Assembly (NCBI GenBank): GCA_046338525.1
Contig: JBKDWF010000040.1
Span: forward strand, 46,764-110,763
From: Holosporales bacterium
GTDB lineage: Bacteria; Pseudomonadota; Alphaproteobacteria; JAJTHO01
Direction: 5' to 3'
Length of the DNA stretch: 64,000 nt
This document shows positions 48,848-59,075 of this stretch, piece after piece. The translations under genes were made by a program, and so were the position numbers. Below the pieces are notes generated by a model. That model had not been told where the DNA came from and ran no database searches. It worked only from the letters and a program-made list of their open reading frames with translations. Every line of letters begins with the position of its first letter. Position 1 is the stretch's first letter.

Positions 48848-49593
48848 ACGACGGCGTGATTGACAGGGCCTTGCCCCTTGCCAAAACCCGGGGCGGTGGC
48901 AATGGCTTGCTGTAAGTAGGAGAACGCCCAAGCGATAGCCTCGCCCAATGGCATTCCTTGAGCCAAGCCGGCAGCGATAGCGGCGGCATAGGTACAGCCC
49001 GTGCCGTGGGTATGCCGGGTATGCTGGCGCGGGGCGGTAAAGCGTTCGATCTCTCCTATATTAGTTAGGAGGCGATCAATGACGGTTTCCCCCTCATCAT
49101 GGCCGCCTTTGAGAAGAACAGCCCCAGCCCCGGCGGCCAGCAAGGCCTGCACCCCGCCCAAGGCTTCAGCTTCGGGGATATTCGGTGTCACCACCATCGC
49201 TCGCGGCACTAAATGGATGAGCAAGGCATTCACCGCACTATCCTCCAGCAGGCGCGCCCCGCCCTTGGCCACCATGACAGGGTCCAGCACTAAGGGAATG
49301 GTTGGATAGGGCTTTAAGGCTTGCGCTACCGCCGCAATAACTTCCGCCGTGTGCAGCATGCCAATTTTCACGGCATCGGCTCCAATATCATCAAGAACAA
49401 CCTTGATTTGCTGGGCAACAAATTCTGGGGGCACAGGATAAACTCCATGTACACCTAGGGTATTTTGCGCCGTCAGGGCGGTAATCGCCGTCATGGCATA
49501 CCCGCCTAAAACGGTGATAGTTTTAATATCGGCCTGAATTCCTGCGCCGCCCCCGGAGTCGGAGCCGGCAATCGTTAAAACACGTCCGTGCAT
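48838..49593 (-). CDS. thiD: Hydroxymethylpyrimidine/phosphomethylpyrimidine kinase
   Basis: VLTIAGSDSGGGAGIQADIKT and a ribokinase-fold C-terminus. The start was chosen at MHGRVLTIAG. The longer ORF in the track (to 49719) reads through the repeat element. Confidence 0.85.
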   Translation of the reverse strand: MHGRVLTIAGSDSGGGAGIQADIKTITVLGGYAMTAITALTAQNTLGVHGVYPVPPEFVAQQIKVVLDDIGADAVKIGMLHTAEVIAAVAQALKPYPTIPLVLDPVMVAKGGARLLEDSAVNALLIHLVPRAMVVTPNIPEAEALGGVQALLAAGAGAVLLKGGHDEGETVIDRLLTNIGEIERFTAPRQHTRHTHGTGCTYAAAIAAGLAQGMPLGEAIAWAFSYLQQAIATAPGFGKGQGPVNHAVVCS

Positions 49594-49650
49594 GAGAGTA
49601 GTATTGAGCGATTGCTTTATAAAAAGCAATCTGTGGTTATTGCCATACGG

Positions 49651-49757
49651 TATACTCCTTGCACATGAAGAATGTGCAAGGGCTTCGCTCAAGTGCCGCG
49701 CGGGCTGTACCGCTCGCAAGATTGAGAGGGGAAGCTTTGATGTGCGAGCGGTATACT
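49651..49757. repeat. Structured ~100-bp repeat, copy 2, abutting the 3' end of tRNA-Gly
   Basis: About 95% identical to 15251-15320 over the 70-nt core. Short direct repeats cggtatact at both ends. It ends about 12 nt from the tRNA-Gly 3' end. Confidence 0.6.
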
Positions 49758-49769
49758 GAGTAAAACATC

Positions 49770-49844
49770 TGGAGCGGGTGAAGGGATTCGAACCCTCGAC
49801 CCCAACCTTGGCAAGGTTGTGCTCTACCCCTGAGCTACACCCGC
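49770..49844 (-). tRNA. tRNA-Gly (anticodon GCC), CCA encoded
   Basis: The minus-strand sequence gcgggtgtagctcaggggtagagcacaaccttgccaaggttggggtcgagggttcgaatcccttcacccgctcca folds as a cloverleaf. Anticodon loop ttGCCaa. Confidence 0.9.
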
Positions 49845-49860
49845 ATCCGACAGAACAGCA

Positions 49861-49888
49861 ACTATAGCGTCGAGAAAATTGGTTGCAA
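49861..49888 (-). promoter_or_regulatory. Putative sigma70-type promoter for tRNA-Gly
   Basis: On the minus strand TTGCAA-N16-TATAGT lies about 15 nt upstream of the tRNA 5' end. Confidence 0.3.
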
Positions 49889-49928
49889 GAGTTCTATTGG
49901 TTGAATTTTTTATCAATAAAAAACAATG

Positions 49929-50897
49929 TCAAGCAGTCTCTAGTCCACATTCGGCCAGTAACGCCCGATCCGCCGCCGCATCATTATTTCCCGTGGTGAG
50001 GAGTTTTTCACCGTAAAAAATAGAATTTGCCCCGGCGATAAAACACAACACCTGGGCTTCTCGTGACAACACGGCTCGCCCGGCGGATAGGCGTACCCTA
50101 GCAGAGGGCAACATGATGCGCGCCCCGGCCACCATCCGCACCAAATCAAGCGGATCAACAGGCGGGCGGTTGGCCAGCGGCGTGCCTGGCGCAGCTACCA
50201 GCGCATTAATGGGAACGCTTTGCGGGGTTGGGGTAAGGGAAGCCAAGGTGGTGAGCATCTGCGCCCTATCACGCCAAGATTCGCCCATGCCAATGATACC
50301 GCCGCAGCAGGTGCTAATACCCGCGGCAGCTACGTTTTTTAGTGTTGTCAGTCGGTCATCGTACGTCCTCGTGCTGATAATGGTGTTGTAGTAATCCTCA
50401 CCCGTATCCAGATTGTGGTTGTAAGCGGTTAGGCCAGCCTCTTTGAGGCGCGCGGCCTGTTCCGCGCTCAGCATCCCCAAGGTGACGCAAGCTTCCATCC
50501 CGAGGTCACGAACACCGCGCACCATATCGCAGACGCGGTTAAATTGTTCCTCCGCTTTGGGATTGCCTTTTGGAGCGCTGCGCCAGGCAGCGCCCATGCA
50601 AAAGCGACTAGCTCCAGCATTTTTGGCTTTGTGTGCGGCTTCCAGCACCGTAGCCACAGGTAATAAATCTTCCTTTGTGGTTCCGGTAGCACTGAAATGG
50701 GCGGATTGGGGACAGTAAGAGCAATCTTCCGGACAGCCGCCGGTCTTGATGGACAGCAAGCTGGCAAGCTGTACCTCTCCGGCCGGGAAATGCTGACGAT
50801 GCACGCTGGCGGCTTCAAAGAGGAGATCGGGGAGGGGACGCTGTAACAGGGCTTCGGCACCCTCTACTGTCCACGGAGATGATGAAGATACGGTCAT
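49929..50897 (-). CDS. bioB: Biotin synthase
   Basis: Radical-SAM CxxxCxxC ([11 protein letters not shown]). BioB C-terminus. The start was chosen at [13 protein letters not shown]. Confidence 0.9.
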   Translation of the reverse strand: MTVSSSSPWTVEGAEALLQRPLPDLLFEAASVHRQHFPAGEVQLASLLSIKTGGCPEDCSYCPQSAHFSATGTTKEDLLPVATVLEAAHKAKNAGASRFCMGAAWRSAPKGNPKAEEQFNRVCDMVRGVRDLGMEACVTLGMLSAEQAARLKEAGLTAYNHNLDTGEDYYNTIISTRTYDDRLTTLKNVAAAGISTCCGGIIGMGESWRDRAQMLTTLASLTPTPQSVPINALVAAPGTPLANRPPVDPLDLVRMVAGARIMLPSARVRLSAGRAVLSREAQVLCFIAGANSIFYGEKLLTTGNNDAAADRALLAECGLETA

Positions 50898-50949
50898 GGG
50901 GCTTTCATAAAGCCTAGCACCATGTTGCACAATCCTGTAAAAAGAGGCC

Positions 50950-51261
50950 ATGACAACCACAGGAGATTCTGACTCAGAGGCGTTACTTGCCCTGCAGCGT
51001 GCTTGGCAAAGCCAAATTGCAGCAACACTGCACGACCCACAGACTGCAGCAGCGATGTTGCCATTGATGCAAGTATGGCAACAACTTGCCGCAGCGCAGC
51101 AAACCCCGTATGCTGCGGCGACTTCTTATGCTTGCACCCCGTCCACTACCGTTACACCAGAGTTTGGCGGCTCTCAGCACGCTGTGCTTGCCGAACGTAT
51201 TACCCTTCTTGAACAAAGACTTGCAGCCTTGGAAAAACGCCTCGCCCGCCTCGAATCCTGA
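50950..51261 (+). CDS. Small hypothetical protein with C-terminal coiled coil (possible PhaE/PhaR-like partner of the PhaC-like gene)
   Basis: 103-aa ORF ending in the heptad-like [26 protein letters not shown]. It lies directly upstream of the PhaC-like gene and diverges from bioB. High-GC context, so the coding call is tentative. Confidence 0.4.
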   Translation: MTTTGDSDSEALLALQRAWQSQIAATLHDPQTAAAMLPLMQVWQQLAAAQQTPYAAATSYACTPSTTVTPEFGGSQHAVLAERITLLEQRLAALEKRLARLES

Positions 51262-51334
51262 ACTTCGTACAACAGCGACGTTTGCGGCGGTACAATGGGC
51301 AAAATTTCAATCTGGTGTGGCGCGGCTTGCCAGT

Positions 51335-52279
51335 ATGCCGCCCGTGGTAATGTCATCCCCGTTGGGAAGGATAGCAGCCCATTGGGGCGGCACTACACTC
51401 TACGACGCCGGTGCTCCGCTTGGAAAGACGCGCTACCGAGTACTGTTAATTCCTTCGCTGATTAATAAAGCACGGATTTTTTCGTTGAATGAAAAGAAAA
51501 ATATCATCTCATTCCTACGTGATGCCGGGGTGCACTGTTATATCCTAGACTGGGGTATACCAGATAAAGACGAACGATCGTTTCAGTGTCAGGATTTCTT
51601 AGAGCAGCGTCTTTTGCCCGCAGTGGATCATCTCTTGTCGTTGACTGATACCGCACCCCTTGGCCTGCTGGGGTATTGTATGGGCGGATTATTTGCAGCA
51701 GCGGCGGCTAAACATCGAGAAGAGCATCTTTCGGCTTTAATCCTGTTAGCGACGCCGTGGGATTTTCATGCAGCCGCCCCGGCAGGCATACGGGTATGGC
51801 TCGCTGGGCTTCGGCCCACATGGGAAAATATTTTGCGCCAACCCGGAATCATGCCCATAGATGGGGTTCAGGCGTTGCTGCTCAGTCTTGATCCGTTTGG
51901 GACAGTTAACCGTTATATCGCTTTTTCTGACCAAGATAATGTCGATGAAAACAAGCAATTTCAAAGAATTGAACATTGGTTGGCCGATGGTGTGCCGTTG
52001 CCCTATGGGGTGTTACGAGAAGCTTTGTTTTCATGGTATCTGGATAATGATCCCTATACTAAGGGTTGGAATGGAATAAAATCTGAGAATTTATCCCTCC
52101 CAGTGCTAGTTGTGGCACCACAGCGCGACGGCATCGTACCTACTGCATCAGCACGAGCATTTAAAACTCATCAACAAACAGTTTTATCTCCTGCCACGGG
52201 GCATCTGGGTATGGTAGCAGGACGACATAGTATGGAACGGGTTTTTGTGCCACTTCTGCAGTGGCTTTATAGCATATGA
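51335..52279 (+). CDS. Class III PHA synthase PhaC-like alpha/beta hydrolase (lipase-box Cys)
   Basis: CYILDWGIPDKDERSFQCQDFLE...LLGYCMGGLFAAAAAA (a G-x-C-x-G box) ...LLATPWDF resembles class III PhaC. The start is uncertain (ATG 51335 or GTG 51316). The 51086 start in the ORF track gives an R/P/L-rich N-terminus and was rejected. Confidence 0.65.
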   Translation: MPPVVMSSPLGRIAAHWGGTTLYDAGAPLGKTRYRVLLIPSLINKARIFSLNEKKNIISFLRDAGVHCYILDWGIPDKDERSFQCQDFLEQRLLPAVDHLLSLTDTAPLGLLGYCMGGLFAAAAAKHREEHLSALILLATPWDFHAAAPAGIRVWLAGLRPTWENILRQPGIMPIDGVQALLLSLDPFGTVNRYIAFSDQDNVDENKQFQRIEHWLADGVPLPYGVLREALFSWYLDNDPYTKGWNGIKSENLSLPVLVVAPQRDGIVPTASARAFKTHQQTVLSPATGHLGMVAGRHSMERVFVPLLQWLYSI

Positions 52280-52890
52280 TCATTGCAGATATTTTTGCGC
52301 GGCTTGCTCGAGAAAATCCCCGGCCGCAATCGGAACTGCAATATACTAGTCCGTTTACGCTGCTTGTTGCAGTGTCTTTGTCGGCGCAGGCCACGGATGC
52401 CTCTGTCAACAAGGCTACTCCGGCTCTTTTTGCTGTGGCACCCACCCCAAGGGCATTAGCCTTGCTCGGGGAAGATGGCATCCGACCCTACATTAAAACT
52501 ATTGGTTTGTTTAACAGCAAAGCACGTAATCTTGCGGCAATGGCGCATATGCTGGTGCAAGAATACGCAAGCCAAGTACCAGATAATATTCACGATCTGA
52601 TGCGGTTGCCCGGTGTGGGGCGAAAAACCGCCAATGTCATTCTGAACGTGGCTTTTGGTCACCCCACCATCGCAGTGGACACCCACGTTTTTCGGGTCAG
52701 TCGCCGTCTCGGGTTGTCCTCGGCGCTTACTCCCGACGGGGTAGAAAATGATTTGCTCCGCTGTATTCCAGAACAATATTTACAACACGCCCATCACTGG
52801 TTGATTCTTTTGGGAAGGTATGTTTGCATCGCACGAAAACCAAGATGCGCTGAGTGCGTTCTGAATGATATTTGCCCAAAATTTATTTAA
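52276..52890 (+). CDS. nth: Endonuclease III
   Basis: HhH-GPD motif (LPGVGRKTANVIL) and a C-terminal 4Fe-4S cluster CxxxxxxCxxCxxxxxC. Confidence 0.9.
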   Translation: MIIADIFARLARENPRPQSELQYTSPFTLLVAVSLSAQATDASVNKATPALFAVAPTPRALALLGEDGIRPYIKTIGLFNSKARNLAAMAHMLVQEYASQVPDNIHDLMRLPGVGRKTANVILNVAFGHPTIAVDTHVFRVSRRLGLSSALTPDGVENDLLRCIPEQYLQHAHHWLILLGRYVCIARKPRCAECVLNDICPKFI

Positions 52891-53137
52891 ACCGAAGCTT
52901 TGCTATCAACAATGCACTCGCCAATATGAGACTGACAAAGTTGGATAGAATAATCGGCAAGCTGTCTAGGAGCAAACCATAGACAAACCAACCGATAATA
53001 CCCGTTACATAAATCGCCAGCGTTCCCACAGAAAGCGCAGATGTATCGCGGCTGCGCCACGCTTTTAGCACCTGAGGGGCGAAGGCAACCGCCGTTAAGG
53101 TACCAGCCGCATAGCCAATAAGCTCAGTTACACTCAC
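52883..53137 (-). CDS. SemiSWEET / PQ-loop family small membrane transporter
   Basis: About 84 aa with three TMs and a PQ motif (AFAPQVLKAWRSRDTSALS). It closely resembles bacterial SemiSWEETs. Its GTG start overlaps the upstream epimerase stop (GTGA). Confidence 0.65.
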   Translation of the reverse strand: MSVTELIGYAAGTLTAVAFAPQVLKAWRSRDTSALSVGTLAIYVTGIIGWFVYGLLLDSLPIILSNFVSLILASALLIAKLRFK

Positions 53138-54081
53138 GATACACTCCCCGCAGACCAGCGTCCGCCCGGACGACAAGCTTCAAGATATTGTGGCAACACA
53201 GCGTCCAGATCGGTGGCTGTGATATCAAGAGCTTTTAGCCCCGGTGCGTCCTGAGGAACGATGTTATCTGTTGTGAGCAAGCGTAGTTGATCGCGCGTAA
53301 AAAAAGGCTTAGGCAGAAATTTTTGCAGCCACGCTAATGCCCCTGCCACACCCCATGGCAACGGCAAGAACAATACGTGTTGTTGTGTTATTTTTATAAT
53401 ATACTGTAAGCATTCTTTAAAAGTCAGCACTTCATTGCCGCCAAGATAATAAGTCATGCCCTGCGTGTCGCTTCGTTGCGCGGCATAAAGGACTGCCTTG
53501 GCTACATCACCGACATATACAGGTTGAAATTTTGTCCGCCCCCCACCGATGAGTGGCAAAATGGGTATGAACCGCGCCATTTGAGCAAACTTTTGAAAAA
53601 ATCCATCGCCATGACCAAAAATTAAGGAGGGGCGTATTACTATTGCTTCAGGAAAAGCCCGCCGTACTGCGTCTTCCGCTTCGGCCTTGGTGCGTGCATA
53701 GACCGACGTACTGTTTTTATCCGCCGCTAACGACGATACTTGGATGAATCTCTCTGCTCCGGCACGGGCAGCAGCGCGGGCAAGTAAATTACTGATATCA
53801 ACATGCACGCGGGTAAAGGTATTTTGACGGTTTTCCGTTAAGATGCCAATAAGATTAACCACCACATCCGCTTTGGAGAGCATCTGCACAAGATTGGGTT
53901 CCTTAAGCTCTAGCGGCAAAGCCGTGATCTGACCCACAAAGCCCGATGTTTTCAGTGGTAAAACACGTTCTGAGTTTCTGGTGGGTACACCAATGCGATA
54001 ACCAGCTTTGGCTAAAGCTTCCACAACTTGACGCCCAACAAACCCCGTACCCCCAAATACAAAAGCTGTTTTGTAGTGCAT
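53134..54081 (-). CDS. NAD-dependent epimerase/dehydratase, complex I NDUFA9-like
   Basis: Rossmann motif FVFGGTGFVGRQVV. Length 315 aa. Confidence 0.8.
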   Translation of the reverse strand: MHYKTAFVFGGTGFVGRQVVEALAKAGYRIGVPTRNSERVLPLKTSGFVGQITALPLELKEPNLVQMLSKADVVVNLIGILTENRQNTFTRVHVDISNLLARAAARAGAERFIQVSSLAADKNSTSVYARTKAEAEDAVRRAFPEAIVIRPSLIFGHGDGFFQKFAQMARFIPILPLIGGGRTKFQPVYVGDVAKAVLYAAQRSDTQGMTYYLGGNEVLTFKECLQYIIKITQQHVLFLPLPWGVAGALAWLQKFLPKPFFTRDQLRLLTTDNIVPQDAPGLKALDITATDLDAVLPQYLEACRPGGRWSAGSVS

Positions 54082-54173
54082 TCCTGAACTCCCGGACAGG
54101 CTCCTTTTTGCAGGGTGTTGCTTGTAAAAGCAACACCCCTGTTTTTTTGAGCATGGGTGTATATAATGCGCCG

Positions 54174-55733
54174 ATGTCGTTTTTAGAAGTCACCCGTCTC
54201 ACCGCCCGTTTTGGTAATAATTCCCCCTGCTTACAGGATATTAATTTTTCCATGATGACGGCTGAGACCTTGGCCGTGGTGGGGGAGAGCGGATCGGGAA
54301 AAACGGTATTGGGACTGTCTATTCTGAATTTGTTAGCAGGCCGAGTTCAGTATGATCTGAAGAGTCAGATCATTTTTCGGGGAATCAATCTTCTACAGGC
54401 GAGTCAAAAAGACCTGGTCACTCTACGCGGTGGGGCAATAGGCTTTGTTTTTCAGGAACCCATGACCGCCCTTAATCCTTTACATCGGGTTGGCCGGCAA
54501 TTGGAGGAAGCGCTACGATTGCACCAACCAACCATCTCTAAAAAAGCCCGGACTGATAAAGTTTATAATGCATTAGAAGGTATGGGTCTCAACGGTCATT
54601 TAGCGCATCGGTATCCGCACCAGCTTTCGGGTGGGCAACGTCAACGGGTGCTTTTGGCATTGGCCCTCATCAACGATCCGGCATTGCTCATAGCGGATGA
54701 ACCAACCACGGCTCTAGATGCTCAGGTGCGCGGCCAGATTGTGTCTCTCATCAAAAAGGAACAGCAGCGGCGCGGGCTTTCGGTCTTGCTTATCAGCCAT
54801 GATCTTGCTCTTGTTCGAAACTGGGCGGATCGGGCGGTGGTGCTTCATAAAGGCGCGGTGGTCGAAACGGGCACGGTGCGGCAGCTTATCGCAACCCCCA
54901 AGCAACCTTATACCCAAAGCCTTTTTACCCAGCACTATCCGCAAACTCAGGTAGCGGCATGTATGGGTCGGGATATCCTGCTGACCATGGAGGATTTTCA
55001 GGTCAGTCTCCGCGGCCAAGGATTTTGGCGTCGCCGTAACGTGCCCATTGTTCACGGCGTGTCCGTGCGCCTTGAGACCGGGCAAACTTTAGGGATTATT
55101 GGGGAAAGCGGATCGGGAAAAACCACGTTGGCGCGGGCTTTGTTACGGCTTTTACCCGCTAAAGGCAGAGTTTGCTTTGATGGCCAGGATTGGCTGGCTC
55201 TAGAAGGCAGTGCCCTGCGCCGTGCTAGGCGCGGGATGCAGATTGTGTTTCAAGACCCTTTTGGTAGTCTTAATCCCCGGCTGCTAGTCGGAAATTGTGT
55301 GGCGGAAGGGTTGCGGGTGCATGAACCAAACGCCGATCCGGTGTCACGCACCACGCAACTGCTGGCTAGCGTCGGTCTTGAAGCGGCCTTTGCCCAGCGT
55401 TATCCTCATGAGCTTTCCGGCGGTCAGCGGCAACGGGTTGCCCTCGCACGGGCAATGGCCGTGGGTGCCAAGCTCATTGTTTTAGATGAACCAACTTCGG
55501 CTCTAGACGCTCATGTAGCGGTGCAGATTGTCGCCTTACTGCAACACCTGCAACAGACCAAAGGCCTATCTTATATTATTGTTAGCCATGATTTGGCGGT
55601 TATCAAGGCTCTTAGTCAACAGGTTGTTGTTCTTAAAGAAGGAAAAGTTGTAGAACAAGGAGCAACAGCAGGAGTATTTTCAGCACCGAAAAATAGTTAT
55701 ACACAGGCACTGATGGCCGCCGGCTATTTATGA
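54174..55733 (+). CDS. ABC transporter ATP-binding protein with two fused ATPase domains (YejF/DppDF-like)
   Basis: Two Walker A motifs (GESGSGKT twice), two signature motifs (LSGGQRQRV twice) and two Walker B motifs. The start was chosen at MSFLEVTRL. Confidence 0.8.
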   Translation: MSFLEVTRLTARFGNNSPCLQDINFSMMTAETLAVVGESGSGKTVLGLSILNLLAGRVQYDLKSQIIFRGINLLQASQKDLVTLRGGAIGFVFQEPMTALNPLHRVGRQLEEALRLHQPTISKKARTDKVYNALEGMGLNGHLAHRYPHQLSGGQRQRVLLALALINDPALLIADEPTTALDAQVRGQIVSLIKKEQQRRGLSVLLISHDLALVRNWADRAVVLHKGAVVETGTVRQLIATPKQPYTQSLFTQHYPQTQVAACMGRDILLTMEDFQVSLRGQGFWRRRNVPIVHGVSVRLETGQTLGIIGESGSGKTTLARALLRLLPAKGRVCFDGQDWLALEGSALRRARRGMQIVFQDPFGSLNPRLLVGNCVAEGLRVHEPNADPVSRTTQLLASVGLEAAFAQRYPHELSGGQRQRVALARAMAVGAKLIVLDEPTSALDAHVAVQIVALLQHLQQTKGLSYIIVSHDLAVIKALSQQVVVLKEGKVVEQGATAGVFSAPKNSYTQALMAAGYL

Positions 55734-57295
55734 ACAGCCTCTCGTGTTGTCGTGAATTTTAGGTTAGGAAAATCATCTTGGGTTTTTGTTAAGTGCCAAG
55801 CGTTACGGGCTAAAAACACGACGCAGCCATCGTGATCCACTCCGACAGCGCTGCGGTTGGCAGTACGGAAGCGTTCGAGGTCGCTCGCCCCCCCAAACAC
55901 CCAGCGCACGGCATGGGCAGTAGTAGCCTCAAACCGAGCCGCGACGTTGTATTCACTACGCAGGCGTTCGGTGAGGATTTCGAACTGCAAAGGTCCGGCC
56001 ACGCCCACTACTACCTCGCCGCCATCATCTGGCCGAAATACTTGGCTTGCCCCTTCTTCCGCGAGGTGGTCTAGGGCTTTATCAAGATGCTTGCGACGCA
56101 AGGGATCGGACAAGTGGACTCTTTGCAAGTATTCTGGTGCAAAGGATGGAACGCCGGTGAAATGCAGGCTCTCTCCCTCGGTCAGGGTATCGCCAATCCG
56201 AAGGTTGCCATGACCGGGAATGCCGATAACATCGCCTGCTTCGGCGCTTTCCGCTGTCTCTCGTTCATTGGCCAAGAAAAGCACGGCGTTGTGCACGGCC
56301 ATGGTCTTGTTACTACGCACATGGAGCAGCTTCATCCCCCGACGAAAGGTTCCCGAGGCTAGGCGCATAAAGGCGATCCTATCCCGATGTTTGGGATCCA
56401 TGTTGGCCTGAATTTTGAAGACAAAGCCTGAACACTGTTTTTCTTCCGGTGCGACAACTCTCTCAATCGCCGCCTGAGGCCGGGGTGGTGGGGCAAAGCG
56501 GTGGATACCGTCTAATAGTTCCCGCACCCCGAAGTTATTGACGGCACTGCCAAAAAATACCGGTGTTTGATGCCCGGCAAGGTATTCCGCCGTATCAAAC
56601 ACAGGGCATAGGCCCTTAGCCATAGCAACATGTTCATGGAGTGCTGCTCGGTGCTCTTCGGGTAAACGCTCCACCAAGAGCGGATCATCAAGCCCCTTAC
56701 AGGCAATGGCATCGGTTAGACGATTGTTGTAACTACGATCGAAAAGAATCAATTGCTGCTGAAACAAATCATACACCCCGTGAAAGTCACGCCCCATACC
56801 AATGGGCAGACTGGCTGGGGTAGCGATAAGTGCCAGCTTGTCTTCAATTTCAGATATCAATTCAAAAGGGTCACGCGCCTCGCGATCCATTTTATTGATA
56901 AAGGTAATAATGGGAATATTACGCAGGCGGCAGACGGCAAAGAGCTTCAGCGTTTGGCTCTCAATCCCCTTGGCCCCGTCCAGCACCATGATCGCCGAAT
57001 CACAAGCCGTCAGGGTGCGGTAGGTATCTTCCGAAAAATCCTCATGCCCAGGGGTATCCAGCAGGTTGAACGTCATTCCCTGCCAGTCGAAAGTCATCAC
57101 CGATGCTGTGACGGAAATTCCCCGTGCGCGTTCCACCGCCATCCAGTCTGAACGGGCGCGGCGGGCATCGCCCTTGGCTTTCACCGCCCCGGCAAGCTGA
57201 ATTGCGCCGCCGAACAGCAACAGCTTTTCCGTCAGCGTGGTCTTCCCAGCATCAGGGTGGGCGATAATGGCAAAGGTACGACGCGGCGTAGGCAT
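55724..57295 (-). CDS. prfC: Peptide chain release factor 3
   Basis: GTPase domain AIIAHPDAGKTTLTEKLL...DTPGHEDF...NKMD. 523 aa. Confidence 0.9.
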   Translation of the reverse strand: MPTPRRTFAIIAHPDAGKTTLTEKLLLFGGAIQLAGAVKAKGDARRARSDWMAVERARGISVTASVMTFDWQGMTFNLLDTPGHEDFSEDTYRTLTACDSAIMVLDGAKGIESQTLKLFAVCRLRNIPIITFINKMDREARDPFELISEIEDKLALIATPASLPIGMGRDFHGVYDLFQQQLILFDRSYNNRLTDAIACKGLDDPLLVERLPEEHRAALHEHVAMAKGLCPVFDTAEYLAGHQTPVFFGSAVNNFGVRELLDGIHRFAPPPRPQAAIERVVAPEEKQCSGFVFKIQANMDPKHRDRIAFMRLASGTFRRGMKLLHVRSNKTMAVHNAVLFLANERETAESAEAGDVIGIPGHGNLRIGDTLTEGESLHFTGVPSFAPEYLQRVHLSDPLRRKHLDKALDHLAEEGASQVFRPDDGGEVVVGVAGPLQFEILTERLRSEYNVAARFEATTAHAVRWVFGGASDLERFRTANRSAVGVDHDGCVVFLARNAWHLTKTQDDFPNLKFTTTREAVHK

Positions 57296-57316
57296 GGGAG
57301 AATCTTGTAACGTGCT

Positions 57317-58999
57317 CTACAGCACCAGCGGCTTGTACCGCAGGCGTTTGGGGTTCAAGATGGTATCCTCACCAAGGCGGCGTTTGGCATCTTCCTCATA
57401 AGCTTGGTAGTTGCCCTCAAACCACTCTACATGGCTGTCCCCCTCGAAGGAGAGAATATGGGTGGCCACGCGATCGAGGAACCAGCGATCGTGGGAAATA
57501 ACGACGGCACAGCCGGCAAAATCCAGCAGCGCATCTTCCAGTGCGCGCAGGGTTTCCACGTCCAGATCGTTGGTCGGTTCATCAAGGAGCAGGACATTAG
57601 CACCGCTTTTAAGCATCTTGGCTAGATGCACCCGGTTGCGCTCTCCTCCAGAGAGTTGCCCAACTTTTTTTTGCTGATCCGCGCCGCGAAAGTTAAAGGC
57701 GGCGCAATAGGCGCGACTAGGCATTTTTCGTTTGCCCAATAGCACTTCATCTAACCCATCGGAGATTTCTTCCCACACGGTTTTATTGGGTGCAAGTGTA
57801 TCCCGTGACTGATCAACATACCCCAGCACTACAGTTTCACCGACTTTGAAAGTACCCTGATCGGGCTTTTCATTGCCGGTAATCATACGAAAAAGGGTGG
57901 TTTTTCCCGCCCCGTTGGGGCCAATCACGCCGACAATGCCGCCGGGGGGCAGACGGAACGATAAATCGTCGATGAGCAAGCGATCGCCAAAACCCTTGGA
58001 CAAATGGTTGGCCTCAATAACCACATCCCCCAGACGTGGGCCAGCCGGAATAATAATCTGCGCCTGATCGAGGCTTTTCTTCCCCTCATTGGCCAGTAGT
58101 TCCTCATAGGCTTTAATCCGTGCCTTACTTTTGGCTTGGCGGGCTTTGGGGGAGCTGCGCACCCACTCAAGTTCTGCGGCAAGGGTTTTTTGCCGGGCGG
58201 CTTCGCCCTTTTCTTCTTGCGCCATGCGCTTTTCACGGGCGATGAGCCAAGTGGTGTAATTGCCCTCTAGTGGAATCCCTTGACCGCGATCAACCTCTAA
58301 AATCCATTGGGCGACGTTATCAAGGAAATAGCGATCGTGGGTGATAGTGACGACGGTGCCTTGGTATTCTTCAAGGTGACGCTGCAGCCATGCCACCGAT
58401 TCGGCATCTAGGTGGTTGGTGGGTTCATCCAGCAGCAACAAGTCCGGCTTTTGCAGCAGCAGGCGGCACAACGCCACCCGGCGGCGTTCCCCCCCTGAGA
58501 GATTATCTACAATCGCCTCACTGGGTGGGCAACGCAGGGCATCCATGGCAATTTCAAGCTGGCGATCAATTTCCCAGCCGTTGACGGCATCGATTTGTTC
58601 TTGCAGTTCGCCCTGTTCCGCCAGCAGGGTGTTCATGTCATCTTCGCTCATCTCCCCGGCAAACTTCGCGGAGATTTCGTTAAAACGAGCCAATAAGGCC
58701 TTGGTTTTTCCCATGCCCGCCAAGACGTTTTCATAGACCGTTTTGCCGGCATCGAGGGCAGGTTCTTGGGGCAGAAAGCCTACAGTAGCCCCGGCGGCAA
58801 CAAAGGCCTCCCCGGAAAAATCCTTGTCCAGCCCGGCCATAATCCGCAGCAAGGTAGACTTCCCGGCCCCGTTGGGGCCGATAACGCCAATCTTGGCTCC
58901 GGGCAAAAACGACAGCCAGACATCCTTAATCAGTTCACGACCGGTGGGCAGGACTTTACGCAGTCCCTTCATCACATAAATATATTGGTAAGAAGCCAT
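57317..58999 (-). CDS. ettA: Energy-dependent translational throttle protein EttA (ABC-F ATPase)
   Basis: The N-terminus [16 protein letters not shown].. is characteristic of EttA. Two ABC domains, 560 aa. Confidence 0.9.
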   Translation of the reverse strand: MASYQYIYVMKGLRKVLPTGRELIKDVWLSFLPGAKIGVIGPNGAGKSTLLRIMAGLDKDFSGEAFVAAGATVGFLPQEPALDAGKTVYENVLAGMGKTKALLARFNEISAKFAGEMSEDDMNTLLAEQGELQEQIDAVNGWEIDRQLEIAMDALRCPPSEAIVDNLSGGERRRVALCRLLLQKPDLLLLDEPTNHLDAESVAWLQRHLEEYQGTVVTITHDRYFLDNVAQWILEVDRGQGIPLEGNYTTWLIAREKRMAQEEKGEAARQKTLAAELEWVRSSPKARQAKSKARIKAYEELLANEGKKSLDQAQIIIPAGPRLGDVVIEANHLSKGFGDRLLIDDLSFRLPPGGIVGVIGPNGAGKTTLFRMITGNEKPDQGTFKVGETVVLGYVDQSRDTLAPNKTVWEEISDGLDEVLLGKRKMPSRAYCAAFNFRGADQQKKVGQLSGGERNRVHLAKMLKSGANVLLLDEPTNDLDVETLRALEDALLDFAGCAVVISHDRWFLDRVATHILSFEGDSHVEWFEGNYQAYEEDAKRRLGEDTILNPKRLRYKPLVL

Positions 59000-59075
59000 G
59001 ATGGGGTGGTTAGCATGGCCTCATGATTATTTCCAGCGCACATTATTATAACAAGGCTATCTTCAATCTCGTCCC

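Noticed and set aside
49594-49719. 42-aa N-terminal extension of thiD; possible TPP riboswitch
   Set aside because: The extension reads through the repeat element and has no RBS. No THI-box consensus (CUGAGA...ACCCU...GGGA) was recognisable upstream of thiD.
51086-51334. Upstream start for the PhaC-like gene (397-aa version)
   Set aside because: The extra 83 N-terminal residues are R/P/L-rich, typical of an off-frame high-GC read. They overlap the small coiled-coil ORF. Conserved PhaC blocks begin after 51335.
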